The notes under the pieces are model-generated. The model had not been told where the DNA came from and did not search any database. It saw nothing but the letters and a program-made list of their open reading frames with translations. From the sequence record SRR9188676_834: a stretch of 40,704 nucleotides of DNA; one strand, given 5' to 3'. Of this stretch, positions 38,601 to 40,704 are shown one piece after another; position 1 is the stretch's first letter; each line of letters starts with the position of its first letter. The translations under genes and the position numbers were made by a program.

Positions 38601-39128
38601 GGCATCGGTTGTAGTACCTTGCGTTGTACCTTTTATAGCAATACTTACGCCTGCAATGGTTTCATTATTTTCGGCATCCGTGATTTTCCCTTTGATGGTT
38701 TGCTCTATGCTACTTTCTAAAAAACCCAAATTGTCTTCTCCATCAATTTTAGAAGTGGTTTTGGCATTCAATCTTTTGAGTAGGATTTTTCTACCGACTA
38801 CTTCATAATTTATTTTCAAAGGCTTTAACAATTCTTCTAAAACCGTTGAAAGTTTCTCTTTCTTTACGACAAGACTTACTTTTCTATTAGCCATAATCAA
38901 CTGAGGACTATACATAAACTTGATATTCGCCTCGGTTTCTATCTTTTCAAGAATCTTTTCAACTTCTTGCTGACTAACGTTGATACTTACCTTTTGGTCA
39001 AGTATTTCCTGAGCATGTGTAGTTCCCGCATTTGCGAACGACATACACAGAAAGGTAATAATGGTTTGGAATAAACTGATTCGCATGATCTTAATCGGAA
39101 TCTTGTTAAATTGTCGATTTTTTGACAT
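35655..39128 (-). CDS. susC: SusC/RagA TonB-dependent transporter with N-terminal signalling (STN) extension
   Basis: STN-like region, carboxypeptidase-regulatory-like domain, LNEVVVVGYG, VLKDAATTAIYG..G.NGVIVVTTK plug, C-terminal YPQARTWSVGVDVRF. Confidence 0.96.
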   Translation of the reverse strand: MSKNRQFNKIPIKIMRISLFQTIITFLCMSFANAGTTHAQEILDQKVSINVSQQEVEKILEKIETEANIKFMYSPQLIMANRKVSLVVKKEKLSTVLEELLKPLKINYEVVGRKILLKRLNAKTTSKIDGEDNLGFLESSIEQTIKGKITDAENNETIAGVSIAIKGTTQGTTTDANGNFSLVVPNEKAVLVITSVGYDPQEITVGNRFSINISLVPDSKKLNEVVVVGYGTQKVTNVSGAIATVKGADIEKLRPVRPEDALQGRASGVTVISNGSPGSKPTVLIRGIPSFSGTDPVVIIDGVPQTLNDFNSINSADIESMNVLKDAATTAIYGVKGGNGVIVVTTKSGGKNQKAEISYSSNYGVQQVMQTIGVLNATEYGAILNEGSLVAGGGLIFKDLSTLGVGTDWQKQIFKDAPLQSHNVSVKGGSDKVQYFLSGGYLGQDGIVGGGENSNFNRLNFTTNLTFQIAPKLKFLANTSYVNIKSVGVQENSFNSVIGSALNFDPTVSVLNTVPNTVGKYGFSNLLLSEIFNPLTKLDNNYNESNGNKLYGKLELQYEVIKNLTLSSRFGYTNFNNTYKSFTPLVFYGPLNVENSMNADGSTVTGRHNSVYESKRTDNTYTFETFGTYNFKINNDHNFETVLGISFAKIAGDEINGSRQDVPFNSWTFADLTSATGINTATNTNAQTVGNGQYFRKNLSYFGRVNYDYKDKYLVSFSARRDGSYAFGIDNKFANFYAGSLGWVISNEDFFSVDFLNYLKIRGSYGSIGNENVNPQYVGIISGGPSYAGDANSNGYTFGNTFTTGSTVGSYANTTLRWEKQLQSNVGFDVRFGDNKWSLSADYFDKSVDGLLFTPSISLYLGAAAAPTANIGSTKSSGVDLNLGYNAEILKDLKLNTNVTFTTSKNLVTATNSDGTAIIPGGSYFNGQSQTATRFQQGFAPGYFYGFKTNGLFQNTSQIAEAPKQTGAVPGDIRFVDVNGDGQITDLDKTQIGNPFPDFTLGWNVGITYKNLDVNVFTYASVGNDIYRAYERNAIYSNKFRSVLGRWTGEGSTNDANNPRFSFVDANSNIRVSDRYVEDGSFVKIKNVQIGYTLPYSLVPKKVVNKIRIYAQVKNAFTFTKYSGYDPEVPGGVLDTGVDRGTYPQARTWSVGVDVRF

Positions 39129-39262
39129 AATTTTGAATTGTTAGTTTTGAACGACTGACACAAAAGAATCCCTGCATCAAATGAATAGTTGATGTTGAAA
39201 AGCTTGAGCACTTTTAGGGATATTTAAGTCGGTGATGTTGGTAGCATCATCGGCTTTTTTTT
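39128..39262 (+). ncRNA. Predicted antisense sRNA unit over the susC leader (promoter element + terminator)
   Basis: TAATTTTG -7 element at 39128-39135; hairpin AAGTCGGTGATGTT / AGCATCATCGGCTT (39226-39256) with T8 tract oriented on the + strand. Confidence 0.55.
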
Positions 39263-39365
39263 ACACGAAATTTGATTGATTTGTTACTTCACGTTGATTT
39301 GAATGACTGTTTGATGATTGTTTATGTTTTGAAATTGTTTAAATAGATTCTATTAAATTTGACGA

Positions 39366-40475
39366 TTACTTACATCCTTTTCCTTCAATTACAATTTTTC
39401 CTTCTTTCATTTGATATTTGGCTTCTAGCACTTCACAGATAAGGTTGATTTTTTCTAAAAGTGGCTCGTCGCCCAATTCTGCTGTTAATTCACATGAAGC
39501 CATTAATGTTTTGTCGTACTCAATCTCAATTCCGTAGGCATTTTCTAAAATATCAAACACTTCAAGTACTGATTTGTTCTTAAAAACAAAACTCTGACTT
39601 TGAATTGAAGGTAGTGAGACGATTTGCGGAGCAGTCAATTCAGCTCGTTTAAATTGCCATTTCGGACGAATAAACGTTGCTTGCTGATTTGGTAAAACTA
39701 ATAAACCCGTTAACACTTTGCTTACTTGCTGTTCTTTGAGCGCTACATTTTTCTGAGAGAAAACCGAAACTTTCCCCGTTTTTACAAATACTTGTACTTG
39801 TTTGTCGTCCTCAAAAGCTTTGATGGTAAAACTTGTTCCTAATACTTTGGCGACGACTTCGTTGGCATAAACAAAAAATGGCTTATTAGGATTTTTAGCA
39901 ATCTCGAAAAAAGCTTCTCCAGAAAGTACTACTTCACGAGTATCACCCGTGAATTTTTCAGGATAACTTAGTTTACTATCGGCTTGCAAAACCACAGAAC
40001 TTCCGTCGGATAAAGTAATTAATTTGCTTGTTGATGAAGTGTTTTTTATTTCAATGAATTTCGTTTTCTGTGCGACTTTGGCTACTGAATTACTGTAAGT
40101 TGGTGTTTCTTTTTCGGATAATTTTTCAAAAACAACATAAGAAAGTAAAGTCACTAACAATACGGAAGCCGCCAAACTTAATTTGCGGAAAGATGAATGT
40201 TGCCAGAAATTTACTTTTTTAATGCTACGTTGTTCGGCTATATCTACAATTTTAGCAATTGCTGCTGCGATTTCTTCTTCTCCGATTTCCTCCTGAACAT
40301 TTCTAAGCGCAACAATGATTGCTTTCGCTTGTTGAATAGTTTCATACTTTTCAGGATGTTGAGCAAGCCAATTTTCCCAGAAAGTACTTTCTGTTGATGT
40401 GTTTTTCAAAACCCATTTTCTGAAACTCGCATCAAAAGCGAATTCATTAGCTGTATATTGGCTGTAATCTAACAT
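39366..40475 (-). CDS. fecR: FecR-family anti-sigma factor
   Basis: F..D.SFRKWV N-terminus, one TM, LSDGS.V.L, REV.LSGEAFFEI, VLGTSF motifs. Confidence 0.93.
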   Translation of the reverse strand: MLDYSQYTANEFAFDASFRKWVLKNTSTESTFWENWLAQHPEKYETIQQAKAIIVALRNVQEEIGEEEIAAAIAKIVDIAEQRSIKKVNFWQHSSFRKLSLAASVLLVTLLSYVVFEKLSEKETPTYSNSVAKVAQKTKFIEIKNTSSTSKLITLSDGSSVVLQADSKLSYPEKFTGDTREVVLSGEAFFEIAKNPNKPFFVYANEVVAKVLGTSFTIKAFEDDKQVQVFVKTGKVSVFSQKNVALKEQQVSKVLTGLLVLPNQQATFIRPKWQFKRAELTAPQIVSLPSIQSQSFVFKNKSVLEVFDILENAYGIEIEYDKTLMASCELTAELGDEPLLEKINLICEVLEAKYQMKEGKIVIEGKGCK

Positions 40476-40674
40476 AGAATAATTTGTATTATTTTGCTCT
40501 ATACTTGAAATAGCCGATACCTAATACTCCATACTCAGTTGAAATGAAATATTTTTTATTTTTTTTGAAAAAGAAAAATGAAGTTTACAAAGAGAGAAAA
40601 TCAAGTGTGTTTAAGTGCATATTTATAATATAATTTCAAATAAAGTTTGGGCGTAAGCATTTTCTGAAATTCCG

Positions 40675-40704
40675 CTGTTTGAGCGAAGCGAGGCGGTTCG
40701 CCGC
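40675..40704. repeat. Partial REP-like element at the window edge
   Basis: GC-rich CTGTTTGAGCGAAGCGAGGCGGTTCGCCGC in AT-rich context; truncated by the window. Confidence 0.35.

Noticed and set aside
5191-40397. Numerous 60-155 aa ORFs nested in or antisense to long genes (e.g. 6203-6592, 27268-27735, 32491-32814, 38470-38808)
   Set aside because: They overlap confidently assigned CDSs and lack motifs; typical shadow ORFs
40476-40704. Missing ECF sigma factor upstream of fecR
   Set aside because: The window ends 229 bp upstream; the gene may lie just outside, so absence cannot be claimed
1-40704. tRNA/rRNA genes, transposases, integrases, prophage or defence genes
   Set aside because: No supporting sequence or protein motifs recognised

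Overview
AT-rich bacterial chromosomal DNA with clear Bacteroidota signatures (SusC/SusD locus, TAnnTTTG -7 promoter elements), probably Cytophagales (inference). In order: an FN3-domain protein; a Tat-exported sugar-phosphate isomerase/IolE-like protein; a five-gene minus-strand cassette (two divergent paralogous small proteins, a multi-TM membrane protein, a sensor-less HisKA_3 kinase and a NarL/LuxR regulator); an ABC exporter; a TauE/SafE permease; a chromate-resistance cluster (ChrB-AraC fusion, ChrA, decayed Tat-gene remnant); an outer-membrane barrel; a DUF4202 protein; two multi-PAS signalling proteins with a receiver protein; a beta-glycan synthase locus (clan GH-A lipoprotein, GT2-GH26-GH fusion, tandem GH26); an M43 metalloprotease with a small partner gene; a 42-bp tandem array; and a beta-1,3-glucan-type PUL (fecR-susC-susD-SGBP-GH16). 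The best candidate for an undescribed system is the 2353-5790 cassette. It is organised like a peptide quorum-sensing module: paralogous putative signal precursors, a split receptor/kinase, a regulator, and four TAC[CG] sites phased at 11 bp in its promoter. Runners-up are the GT2-GH26 synthase locus, the 42-bp array with a flanking terminator, and a predicted antisense sRNA over the susC leader. All family calls come from motif recognition by eye; no database searches were run.
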